A stretch of DNA of 64,000 bases from Eledone cirrhosa (lineage: Eukaryota). A program made the translations under genes and the position numbers. The notes under the pieces were generated by a model that was given only the letters and a program-made list of their open reading frames with translations, was not told the origin of the DNA and searched no databases. The DNA is taken from positions 68,944,001-69,008,000 of the forward strand of contig OZ024741.1 of assembly GCA_964016885.1 (NCBI GenBank), read 5' to 3'. Numbering within the stretch: the first letter of the stretch is position 1; every line of letters begins with the position of its first letter. Below, one piece after another: positions 1 through 15,000 of the stretch.

Positions 1-3000
1 AGAACATGTTGTTTCCCAGATAAAACATATAGACCATGTTGTTACAAAGATAAAACATAGGGACCATGTTGTTGCTAAGATAAAACATATAGACCATGTT
101 GTTATCAACGTAAAACATAGGGACCAAGATAAAACATAGAGACCATGTTGTTACCAAGATAAAACTTATAGACCATTATGTTACCAAGATAAAACATAGA
201 GACCTTGTTGTTGCAAAGATAAAACATAAACACCATGTTGTTGCCAAGTTAAAACATAAAGAACATGTTGTTACCAAGATAAAACATATAGACCATGTTG
301 TTGACAAGATAAAACATAGGGACCATGTTGTTGCCAAGATAAAACATATAGACCATGTTGTTGCCAAGATAAAACATATAGACCATGTTGTTACCAAGAT
401 AAAACATATAGACCATGTTGTTACAAAAATAAAACATACAGACCATGTTGTTACCAAGATAAAATATAAAGACCATTTTGTTATCAACATAAAACATAGG
501 GACCAAGATAAAACATAGAGACCATGTTGTTACCAAGATAAAACATATAGACCATGTTGTTACCGAGATAAAACATAGAGATCATGTTGTTACCAAGATA
601 AAACATAGAGACCATGTTGTTACTGAAATAAAACATAGGGACCAAGATAAAACATAGAGACCATGTTGTTGCCAAGATAAAACATAGAAACCATGTTGTT
701 GCCAAGATAAAACATATAGACCATGTTGTTAATAAGATAAAACATAAAGACCATGTTGTTACCAAGATAAAACATAAAGACCATGTCGTTACCAAGATAA
801 AACATATATACAATGTTGTTACCAAGGTAAAACATAGTAACCATGTTGTTACCGAGATTACACATATAGACCATGTTGTTGCCAAGATAAAACATATAGA
901 CCATGTTGTTACCAAGATAAAACATAGAGACCATGTTGTTACCAAGATAAAACATAGAGACCATGTTGTTACCAAGATAAAACATAGGGACCAAGATAAA
1001 ACATAGGGACCAAGATAAAACATAGAGACCATGTTGTTGCCAAGATAAAACATAGAAACCATGTTGTTGCCAAGATAAAACATAGGGACCAAGATAAAAC
1101 ATAGAGACCATGTTGTTACCAAGATAAAACATAGAGACCATGTTGTTACCAAGATAAAACATAGAGACCATGTTGTTACCAAGATAAAACATAGGGACCA
1201 AGATAAAACACAGACCATGTCGTTGCCAAGATAAAACATATAGACCATGTTGTTACCAAGATAAAACATATAGACCATGTTGTTGCCAAGATAAAACATA
1301 AGGACCATGTTGTTACCAAGATAAAACATACAGATCATGTTATTACCAAGATAAAACATATAGAACATGCTGTTACCAAGATAAAACATTATAGACCATG
1401 TTGTTGCCAAGATAAAACATATAGACCATGTTGTTACCAAGATAAAAGATACAGACTATGTTGTTGCCAAGATAAAACATAAAGACCATGTCGTTACCAA
1501 CATAAAACATATAGAGCATGTTGTTACCAACATAAAACATATAGACCATGTTGTTACCAAGATAAATCATGGGGACCATGTTGTTGCCAAGATAAAACAT
1601 AGAGACCATATTGTTACCAATATAAAATATAAAGACCATGTTGTTGCCAAGATAAAACATATAGAACATGTTGTTACCAAGATAAAACATATAGACCATG
1701 TTGTTACCAAGATAAAACATAGGGACCATGTTGTTACCAAGATAAAACATATAAACCATGTTGTTACCAAGATAAAACATAGAGACCATGTTGTTGCCAA
1801 GATAAAACATATAGACCATTATGTTACCAAGATAAAACATAGAGATCTTGTTGTTGCCAAGATAAAACATAAAGACCATGTTGTTGCCAAGATAAAACAT
1901 AAAGAACATGTTGTTACCCAGATAAAACATATAGACCATGTTGTTACAAAGATAAAACATAGGGACCATGTTGTTGCCAAGATAAAACATATAGACCATG
2001 TTGTTATCAACGTAAAACATAGGGACCAAGATAAAACATAGAGACCATGTTGTTACCAAGATAAAACTTATAGACCATTATGTTACCAAGATAAAACATA
2101 GAGACCTTGTTGTTGCAAAGATAAAACATAAACACCATGTTGTTGCCAAGATAAAACATAAAGAACATGTTGTTACCAAGATAAAACATATAGACCATGT
2201 TGTTGACAAGATAAAACATAGGGACCATGTTGTTGCCAAGATAAAACATATAGACCATGTTGTTGCCAAGATAAAACATATAGACCATGTTTTTGCCAAG
2301 ATAAAACATATGGACCAAGATAAAACATAAAAACCATGTTGTTGCCTAGATAAAACATATAGACCATGTTGTTGCCAAGATAAAACATATAGACCATGTT
2401 GTTGCCAAGATAAAACATTAAGAACATGTTGTTACCCAGATAAAACATAAAGACCATGTTGTTGCCAAGATAAAACATATAGAGCATGTTGTTACCAAGA
2501 TAAAACATATAGAGCATGTTGTTACCAACATAAAAATTATAGACCATGTAGTAACCAAGATAAAACATAAAGACCATATTGTTGCCAAGATAAAACATAT
2601 AGACCATGATGTTACAAAGATGAAACATAGGGACCAAGATAAAACTTAGAGACCATGTTGTTACCAAGATAAAACATATAGACCATGTTGTTACCAAGAT
2701 AAAAGATATAGACCATGTTGTTGCCAAGAGGAAATATAAAGACCTTGTTGTTGCCAAGATAAAACATAAAGACCATGTTGTTGCCAAGATAAAACATAAA
2801 GAACATGTTGTTACCCAGATAAAACATATAGACCATGTTGTTACAAAGATAAAACATAGGGACCATGTTGTTGCTAAGATAAAACATATAGACCATGTTG
2901 TTATCAACGTAAAACATAGGGACCAAGATAAAACATAGAGACCATGTTGTTACCAAGATAAAACTTATAGACCATTATGTTACCAAGATAAAACATAGAG

Positions 3001-6000
3001 ACCTTGTTGTTGCAAAGATAAAACATAAACACCATGTTGTTGCCAAGATAAAACATAAAGAACATGTTGTTACCAAGATAAAACATATAGACCATGTTGT
3101 TGACAAGATAAAACATAGGGACCATGTTGTTGCCAAGATAAAACATATAGACCATGTTGTTGCCAAGATAAAACATATAGACCATGTTGTTACCAAGATA
3201 AAACATATAGACCATGTTGTTACAAAAATAAAACATACAGACCATGTTGTTACCAAGATAAAATATAAAGACCATTTTGTTATCAACATAAAACATAGGG
3301 ACCAAGCTAAAACATAGAGACCATGTTGTTACCAAGATAAAACATATAGACCATGTTGTTACCGAGATAAAACATAGAGATCATGTTGTTACCAAGATAA
3401 AACATAGAGACCATGTTGTTACTGAAATAAAACATAGGGACCAAGATAAAACATAGAGACCATGTTGTTGCCAAGATAAAACATATAGACCATGTTGTTA
3501 ATAAGATAAAACATAAAGACCATGTTGTTACCAAGATAAAACATAAACACCATGTCGTTACCAAGATAAAACATATATACAATGTTGTTACCAAGGTAAA
3601 ACATAGTAACCATGTTGTTACCGAGATTACACATATAGACCATGTTGTTGCCAAGATAAAACATATAGACCATGTTGTTACCAAGATAAAACATAGAGAC
3701 CATGTTGTTACCAAGATAAAACATAGAGACCATGTTGTTGCCAAGATAAAACATAGGGACCAAGATAAAACATAGAGACCATGTTGTTGCCAAGATAAAA
3801 CATAGAAACCATGTTGTTGCCAAGATAAAACATAGGGACCAAGATAAAACATAGAGACCATGTTGTTACCAAGATAAAACATAGAGACCATGTTGTTACC
3901 AAGATAAAACATAGAGACCATGTTGTTACCAAGATAAAACATAGGGACCAAGATAAAACACAGACCATGTCGTTGCCAAGATAAAACATATAGACCATGT
4001 TGTTACCAAGATAAAACATATAGACCATGTTGTTGCCAAGATAAAACATAGAGACCATGTTGTTACCAAGATAAAACATAAGGACCATGTTGTTACCAAG
4101 ATAAAACATATAGAACATGAAGTTGCTAAGATAAAACATATAGACCATGTTGTACCAAGTTAAAACATATAGACCATGTTGTCCCAAGATAAAACATATA
4201 GAGCATGTTGTTACCAAGATAAAAATTATAGACCATGTTGTTACCAAGATAAAACATAAAGACCATATTGTTGCCAAGATAAAACATAGAGACCTTGTTG
4301 TTGCAAAGATAAAACATAAACACCATGTTGTTGCCAAGATAAAACATAAAGAACATGTTGTTACCAAGATAAAACATATAGACCATGTTGTTGACAAGAT
4401 AAAACATAGGGACCATGTTGTTGCCAAGATAAAACATATAGACCATGTTGTTGCCAAGATAAAACATATAGACCATGTTTTTGCCAAGATAAAACATATG
4501 GACCAAGATAAAACATAAAAACCATGTTGTTGCCTAGATAAAACATATAGACCATGTTGTTGCCAAGATAAAACATATAGACCATGTTGTTGCCAAGATA
4601 AAACATTAAGAACATGTTGTTACCCAGATAAAACATAAAGACCATGTTGTTGCCAAGATAAAACATATAGAACATGTTGTTACCGAGATAAAACATATAG
4701 ACCATGTTGTTACCAAGATAAAACATAGGGACCATGTTGTTACCAAGATAAAACATATAAACCATGTTGTTACCAAGATAAAACATATAGACCATGTTGT
4801 TACCAAGATAAAACATATAGACCATGTTGTTACCAAGATAAAACATAGGGACCAAGATAAGACATATTGAACATGTTGTTGCCAAGATAAAACATAGGGA
4901 CCATGTTGTTACCAAGATAAAACATATAGACCATGTTGTTACCAAGATAAAACATATAGACCATGTTGTTGCCAAGACAAAAAAAAAGGACCATGTTGTT
5001 ACCAAGATAAAACATATAGAACATGTTGTTACCAAGATAAAACATAGGGACCACGTTGTTACCAAGATAAAACATAGAGACCATGTTGTTACCAAGATAA
5101 AACATAGAGACCATGTTGTTACCAAGATAAAACATAGGGACCAAGATAAAACATATAGACCATGTGGTTGAAAAGATAAAACATATAGACCATGTTGTTA
5201 CCAAGATAAAACATGGAGACCATGTTGTTACCAAGATAAAACATATAGAACATCTTGTTGCCAAGATAAAATATATAGACCATGTTGTTGCCAAGATAAA
5301 TCATATAGACCATGTTGTAACAAGATAAACATATAGACCATGTTGTACAAAGATAAAACATATAGAGCATGTTGTTACCAAGATAAAACATATAGACCAT
5401 GTTGTTACCAAGATAAAACATAAAGACCATATTGTTACCAAGATAAAACATAGGGACCAAGATAAAACATAGAGACTATGTTGTTACCAAGAGAAAACAT
5501 ATAGACCATGTTGTTACCAAGATAAAACATAGAGACCATGTTGTTACCAAGATAAAACATAGAGATCATGTTGTTACCATGATAAAACATAGAGACCATG
5601 TTGTTACCAAGATAAAACGTAGAGACCATGTTGTTACCAAGATAAAACATATAGACCATGTTGTTACCAAAATAAAACATAGGGACCAAGATAAAACAGA
5701 GAGACCATGTTGTTGCCAAGATAAAACATAGAAACCATGTTGTTGCCAAGATAAAACATAGGGACCAAGATAAAACATAGAGACCATGTTCTTACCAAGA
5801 TACAACATACAGATCATGTTATTACCAAGATAAAACATATAGAACATGCTGTTACCAAGATAAAACATTATAGACCATGTTGTTGCCAAGATAAAACATA
5901 TAGACCATGTTATTACCAAGATAAAAGATACAGACCATGTTGTTGCCAAGATAAAACATAAAGACCATGTCGTTACCAACATAAAACATATAGAGCATGT

Positions 6001-9000
6001 TGTTACCAAGATAAAACATATAGACCATGTTGTTACCAAGATAAATCATGGGGACCATGTTGTTGCCAAGATAAAACATAGAGACCATATTGTTACCAAT
6101 ATAAAATATAAAGACCATGTTGTTGCCAAGATAAAACATATAGAACATGTTGTTACCAAGATAAAACATATAGACCATGTTGTTACCAAGATAAAACATA
6201 GGGACCATGTTGTTACCAAGATAAAACATATAAACCATGTTGTTACCAAGATAAAACATAGAGACCATGTTGTTGCCAAGATAAAACATATAGACCATTA
6301 TGTTACCAAGATAAAACATAGAGACCTTGTTGTTGCCAAGATAAAACATAAAGACCATGTTGTTGCCAAGATAAAACATAAAGAACATGTTGTTACCCAG
6401 ATAAAACATATAGACCATGTTGTTACAAAGATAAAACATAGGGACCATGTTGTTGCCAAGATAAAACATATAGACCATGTTGTTATCAACGTAAAACATA
6501 GGGACCAAGATAAAACATAGAGACCATGTTGTTACCAAGATAAAACTTATAGACCATTATGTTACCAAGATAAAACATAGAGACCTTGTTGTTGCAAAGA
6601 TAAAACATAAACACCATGTTGTTGCCAAGATAAAACATAAAGAACATGTTGTTACCAAGATAAAACATATAGACCATGTTGTTGACAAGATAAAACATAG
6701 GGACCATGTTGTTGCCAAGATAAAACATATAGACCATGTTGTTGCCAAGATAAAACATATAGACCATGTTTTTGCCAAGATAAAACATATGGACCAAGAT
6801 AAAACATAAAAACCATGTTGTTGCCTAGATAAAACATATAGACCATGTTGTTGCCAAGATAAAACATATAGACCATGTTGTTGCCAAGATAAAACATTAA
6901 GAACATGTTGTTACCCAGATAAAACATAAAGACCATGTTGTTGCCAAGATAAAACATATAGAGCATGTTGTTACCAAGATAAAACATATAGAGCATGTTG
7001 TTACCAACATAAAAATTATAGACCATGTTGTAACCAAGATAAAACATAAAGACCATATTGTTGCCAAGATAAAACATATAGACCATGATGTTACAAAGAT
7101 GAAACATAGGGACCAAGATAAAACTTAGAGACCATGTTGTTACCAAGATAAAACATATAGACCATGTTGTTACCAAGATAAAAGATATAGACCATGTTGT
7201 TGCCAAGAGGAAATATAAAGACCTTGTTGTTGCCAAGATAAAACATAAAGACCATGTTGTTGCCAAGATAAAACATAAAGAACATGTTGTTACCCAGATA
7301 AAACATATAGACCATGTTGTTACAAAGATAAAACATAGGGACCATGTTGTTGCTAAGATAAAACATATAGACCATGTTGTTATCAACGTAAAACATAGGG
7401 ACCAAGATAAAACATAGAGACCATGTTGTTGCAAAGATAAAACATAAACACCATGTTGTTGCCAAGATAAAACATAAAGAACATGTTGTTACCAAGATAA
7501 AACATATAGACCATGTTGTTGACAAGATAAAACATAGGGACCATGTTGTTGCCAAGATAAAACATATAGACCATGTTGTTGCCAAGATAAAACATATAGA
7601 CCATGTTGTTACCAAGATAAAACATATAGACCATGTTGTTACAAAAATAAAACATAGGGACCAAGATAAAACAGAGAGACCATGTTGTTGCCAAGATAAA
7701 ACATAGAAACCATGTTTTGCCAAGATAAAACATAGGGACCAAGATAAAACATAGAGACCATGTTCTTACCAAGATACAACATACAGATCATGTTATTACC
7801 AAGATAAAACATATAGAACATGCTGTTACCAAGATAAAACATTATAGACCATGTTGTTGCCAAGATAAAACATATAGACCATGTTATTACCAAGATAAAA
7901 GATACAGACCATGTTGTTGCCAAGATAAAACATAAAGACCATGTCGTTACCAACATAAAACATATAGAGCATGTTGTTACCAAGATAAAACATATAGACC
8001 ATGTTGTTACCAAGATAAATCATGGGGACCATGTTGTTGCCAAGATAAAACATAGAGACCATATTGTTACCAATATAAAATATAAAGACCATGTTGTTGC
8101 CAAGATAAAACATATAGAACATGTTGTTACCAAGATAAAACATATAGACCATGTTGTTACCAAGATAAAACATAGGGACCATGTTGTTACCAAGATAAAA
8201 CATATAAACCATGTTGTTACCAAGATAAAACATGGAGACCATGTTGTTGCCAAGATAAAACATATAGACCATTATGTTACCAAGATAAAACATAGAGACC
8301 TTGTTGTTGCCAAGATAAAACATAAAGACCATGTTGTTGCCAAGATAAAACATAAAGAACATGTTGTTACCCAGATAAAACATATAGACCATGTTGTTAC
8401 AAAGATAAAACATAGGGACCATGTTGTTGCCAAGATAAAACATATAGACCATGTTGTTATCAACGTAAAACATAGGGACCAAGATAAAACATAGAGACCA
8501 TGTTGTTACCAAGATAAAACTTATAGACCATTATGTTACCAAGATAAAACATAGAGACCTTGTTGTTGCAAAGATAAAACATAAACACCATGTTGTTGCC
8601 AAGATAAAACATAAAGAACATGTTGTTACCAAGATAAAACATATAGACCATGTTGTTGACAAGATAAAACATAGGGACCATGTTGTTGCCAAGATAAAAC
8701 ATATAGACCATGTTGTTGCCAAGATAAAACATATAGACCATGTTTTTGCCAAGATAAAACATATGGACCAAGATAAAACATAAAAACCATGTTGTTGCCT
8801 AGATAAAACATATAGACCATGTTGTTGCCAAGATAAAACATATAGACCATGTTGTTGCCAAGATAAAACATTAAGAACATGTTGTTACCCAGATAAAACA
8901 TAAAGACCATGTTGTTGCCAAGATAAAACATATAGAGCATGTTGTTACCAAGATAAAACATATAGAGCATGTTGTTACCAACATAAAAATTATAGACCAT

Positions 9001-12000
9001 GTTGTAACCAAGATAAAACATAAAGACCATATTGTTGCCAAGATAAAACATATAGACCATGATGTTACAAAGATGAAACATAGGGACCAAGATAAAACTT
9101 AGAGACCATGTTGTTACCAAGATAAAACATATAGACCATGTTGTTACCAAGATAAAAGATATAGACCATGTTGTTGCCAAGAGGAAATATAAAGACCTTG
9201 TTGTTGCCAAGATAAAACATAAAGACCATGTTGTTGCCAAGATAAAACATAAAGAACATGTTGTTACCCAGATAAAACATATAGACCATGTTGTTACAAA
9301 GATAAAACATAGGGACCATGTTGTTGCTAAGATAAAACATATAGACCATGTTGTTATCAACGTAAAACATAGGGACCAAGATAAAACATAGAGACCATGT
9401 TGTTGCAAAGATAAAACATAAACACCATGTTGTTGCCAAGATAAAACATAAAGAACATGTTGTTACCAAGATAAAACATATAGACCATGTTGTTGACAAG
9501 ATAAAACATAGGGACCATGTTGTTGCCAAGATAAAACATATAGACCATGTTGTTGCCAAGATAAAACATATAGACCATGTTGTTACCAAGATAAAACATA
9601 TAGACCATGTTGTTACAAAAATAAAACATACAGACCATGTTGTTACCAAGATAAAATATAAAGACCATTTTGTTATCAACATAAAACATAGGGACCAAGA
9701 TAAAACATAGAGACCATGTTGTTACCAAGATAAAACATATAGACCATGTTGTTACCGAGATAAAACATAGAGATCATGTTGTTACCAAGATAAAACATAG
9801 AGACCATGTTGTTACTGAAATAAAACATAGGGACCAAGATAAAACATAGAGACCATGTTGTTGCCAAGATAAAACATAGAAACCATGTTGTTGCCAAGAT
9901 AAAACATATAGACCATGTTGTTAATAAGATAAAACATAAAGACCATGTTGTTACCAAGATAAAACATAAAGACCATGTCGTTACCAAGATAAAACATATA
10001 TACAATGTTGTTACCAAGGTAAAACATAGTAACCATGTTGTTACCGAGATTACACATATAGACCATGTTGTTGCCAAGATAAAACATATAGACCATGTTG
10101 TTACCAAGATAAAACATAGAGACCATGTTGTTACCAAGATAAAACATAGAGACCATGTTGTTGCCAAGATAAAACATAGGGACCAAGATAAAACATAGGG
10201 ACCAAGATAAAACATAGAGACCATGTTGTTGCCAAGATAAAACATAGAAACCATGTTGTTGCCAAGATAAAACATAGGGACCAAGATAAAACATAGGGAC
10301 CATGTTGTTACCAAGATAAAACATAGAGACCATGTTGTTACCAAGATAAAACATAGAGACCATGTTGTTACCAAGATAAAACATAGGGACCAAGATAAAA
10401 CACAGACCATGTCGTTGCCAAGATAAAACATATAGACCATGTTGTTACCAAGATAAAACATATAGACCATGTTGTTGCCAAGATAAAACATAGAGACCAT
10501 GTTGTTACCAAGATAAAACATAAGGACCATGTTGTTACCAAGATAAAACATATAGAACATGAAGTTGCTAAGATAAAACATATAGACCATGTTGTACCAA
10601 GTTAAAACATATAGACCATGTTGTCCCAAGATAAAACATATAGAGCATGTTGTTACCAAGATAAAAATTATAGACCATGTTGTTACCAAGATAAAACATA
10701 AAGACCATATTGTTGCCAAGATAAAACATATAGACCATGATGTTACAAAGATGAAACATAGGGACCAAGATAAAACTTAGAGACCATGTTGTTACCAAGA
10801 TAAAACATATAGACCATGTTGTTACCAAGATAAAACATATAGACCATGTTGTTGCCAAGAGGAAATATAAAGACCATGTTGTTACCAAGATAACACATAG
10901 GGACCAAGATAAAACATAGAGACCATGTTGTTCCCAAGATAACACATACAGACCATGTTGTTACCCAGATAAAACATATAGACCATGTTGTTACCAAGAT
11001 AAAACATAGAGACCATGTTGTTACCAAGATAAAACATAGAGATCATGTTGTTACCAAGATAAAACATAGAGACCATGTTGTTACCGAGATAAAACATTGA
11101 GATCATGTTGTTACCAAGATAAAACATAGAAACCATGTTGTTGCCAAGATAAAACATAGGGACCAAGATAAAACAGAGAGACCACGTTGTTACCAAGATA
11201 AAACCTATAGACCATGTTGTTACCAAGATAAAACATAAAGACCATGTTGTTACCAAGATAAAATATAGGGACTATGTTGTTGCCAAGATAAAACATATAG
11301 ACCATGTTGTTACCAAGATATAACATATAGACCATGTTGTTACCAAGATAAAACATATAGACCATGTTGTTACCAAGATAAATCATATCGACCATGTTGT
11401 TACCAAGATAAAACATATAGAACATGTTGTTGCCAAGATAAACCATATAGACCATGTTGTTGCCAAGATATAACATATAGAACATGATGTTGCCAAGATA
11501 AAACATATAGACCATGTTGTACCAAGATAAAACAAATAGACCATGTTGTACCAAGATAAAACATATAGAGCATGTTGTTACCAAGATAAAAATTATAGAC
11601 CATGTTGTTACCAAGATAAAACATAAAGACCATATTGTTGCCAAGATAAAACATATAGACCATGATGTTACAAAGATGAAACATAGGGACCAAGATAAAA
11701 CTTAGAGACCATGTTGTTACCAAGATAAAACATATAGACCATGTTGTTACCAAGATAAAACATATAGACCATGTTGTTGCCAAGAGGAAATATAAAGACC
11801 ATGTTGTTACCAAGATAACACATAGGGACCAAGATAAAACATAGAGACCATGTTGTTACCAAGATAAAACATAGAGACCATGTTGTTACCCAGATAAAAC
11901 ATATAGACCATGTTGTTAGCAAGATAAAACATAGAGACCATGTTGTTACCAAGATAAAACATAGAGATCATGTTGTTACCAAGATAAAACATAGAGACCA

Positions 12001-15000
12001 TGTTGTTACCGAGATAAAACATAGCGATCATGTTGTTGCCAAGATAAAACATAGAAACCATGTTGTTGCCAAGATAAAACATATAGACCATGTTGTTAAT
12101 AAGATAAAACATAAAGACCATGTTGTTACCAAGATAAAACATAAAGACCATGTCGTTACCAAGATAAAACATATATACAATGTTGTTACCAAGGTAAAAC
12201 ATAGTAACCATGTTGTTACCGAGATTACACATATAGACCATGTTGTTGCCAAGATAAAACATATAGACCATGTTGTTACAAAGATAAAACATAGAGACCA
12301 TGTTGTTACCAAGATAAAACATAGAGACCATGTTGTTGCCAAGATAAAACATAGGGACCAAGATAAAACATAGGGACCAAGATAAAGCATAGAGACCATG
12401 TTGTTGCCAAGATAAAACATAGAAACCATGTTGTTGCCAAGATAAAACATAGGGACCAAGATAAAACATAGAGACCATGTTGTTACCAAGATAAAACATA
12501 GAGACCATGTTGTTACCAAGATAAAACATAGAGACCATGTTGTTACCAAGATAAAACATAGAGACCATGTTGTTGCCAAGATAAAACATAAAGAACATGT
12601 TGTTACCCAGATAAAACATATAGACCATGTTGTTACAAAGATAAAACATAGGGACCATGTTGTTGCCAAGATAAAACATATAGACCATGTTGTTATCAAC
12701 GTAAAACATAGGGACCAAGATAAAACATAGAGACCATGTTGTTACCAAGATAAAACTTATAGACCATTATGTTACCAAGATAAAACATAGAGACCTTGTT
12801 GTTGCAAAGATAAAACATAAACACCATGTTGTTGCCAAGATAAAACATAAAGAACATGTTGTTACCAAGATAAAACATATAGACCATGTTGTTGACAAGA
12901 TAAAACATAGGGACCATGTTGTTGCCAAGATAAAACATATAGACCATGTTGTTGCCAAGATAAAACATATAGACCATGTTTTTGCCAAGATAAAACATAT
13001 GGACCAAGATAAAACATAAAAACCATGTTGTTGCCTAGATTAAACATATAGACCATGTTGTTGCCAAGATAAAACATATAGACCATGTTGTTGCCAAGAT
13101 AAAACATTAAGAACATGTTGTTACCCAGATAAAACATAAAGACCATGTTGTTGCCAAGATAAAACATATAGAGCATGTTGTTACCAAGATAAAACATATA
13201 GAGCATGTTGTTACCAACATAAAAATTATAGACCATGTTGTAACCAAGATAAAACATAAAGACCATATTGTTGCCAAGATAAAACATATAGACCATGATG
13301 TTACAAAGATGAAACATAGGGACCAAGATAAAACTTAGAGACCATGTTGTTACCAAGATAAAACATATAGACCATGTTGTTACCAAGATAAAAGATATAG
13401 ACCATGTTGTTGCCAAGAGGAAATATAAAGACCTTGTTGTTGCCAAGATAAAACATAAAGACCATGTTGTTGCCAAGATAAAACATAAAGAACATGTTGT
13501 TACCCAGATAAAACATATAGACCATGTTGTTACAAAGATAAAACATAGGGACCATGTTGTTGCTAAGATAAAACATATAGACCATGTTGTTATCAACGTA
13601 AAACATAGGGACCAATAAAAAACATAGAGACCATGTTGTTACCAAGATAAAACTTATAGACCATTATGTTACCAAGATAAAACATAGAGACCTTGTTGTT
13701 GCAAAGATAAAACATAAACACCATGTTGTTGCCAAGATAAAACATAAAGAACATGTTGTTACCAAGATAAAACATATAGACCATGTTGTTGACAAGATAA
13801 AACATAGGGACCATGTTGTTGCCAAGATAAAACATATAGACCATGTTGTTGCCAAGATAAAACATATAGACCATGTTGTTACCAAGATAAAACATATAGA
13901 CCATGTTGTTACAAAAATAAAACATACAGACCATGTTGTTACCAAGATAAAATATAAAGACCATTTTGTTATCAACATAAAACATAGGGACCAAGATAAA
14001 ACATAGAGACCATGTTGTTACCAAGATAAAATAAAAAGACCATGTTGTTACCGAGATAAAACATAGAGATCATGTTGTTACCAAGATAAAACATAGAGAC
14101 CATGTTGTTACTGAAATAAAACATAGGGACCAAGATAAAACATAGAGACCATGTTGTTGCCAAGATAAAACATAGAAACCATGTTGTTGCCAAGATAAAA
14201 CATATAGACCATGTTGTTAATAAGATAAAACATAAAGACCATGTTGTTACCAAGATAAAACATAAACACCATGTCGTTACCAAGATAAAACATATATACA
14301 ATGTTGTTACCAAGGTAAAACATAGTAACCATGTTGTTACCGAGATTACACATATAGACCATGTTGTTGCCAAGATAAAACATATAGACCATGTTGTTAC
14401 CAAGATAAAATATAGAGACCATGTTGTTACCAAGATAAAACATAGAGACCATGTTGTTGCCAAGATAAAACATAGGGACCAAGATAAAACATAGGGACCA
14501 AGATAAAACATAGAGACCATGTTGTTGCCAAGATAAAACATAGAAACCATGTTGTTGCCAAGATAAAACATAGGGACCAAGATAAAACATAGAGACCATG
14601 TTGTTACCAAGATAAAACATAGAGACCATGTTGTTACCAAGATAAAACATAGAGACCATGTTGTTACCCAGATAAAACATATAGACCATGTTGTTACCAA
14701 GATAAAACATAGAGACCATGTTGTTACCAAGATAAAACATAGAGATCATGTTGTTACCAAGATAAAACATAGAGACCATGTTGTTACCGAGATAAAACAT
14801 AGCGATCATGTTGTTGCCAAGATAAAACATAGAAACCATGTTGTTGCCAAGATAAAACATATAGACCATGTTGTTAATAAGATAAAACATAAAGACCATG
14901 TTGTTACCAAGATAAAACATAAAGACCATGTCGTTACCAAGATAAAACATATATACAATGTTGTTACCAAGGTAAAACATAGTAACCATGTTGTTACCGA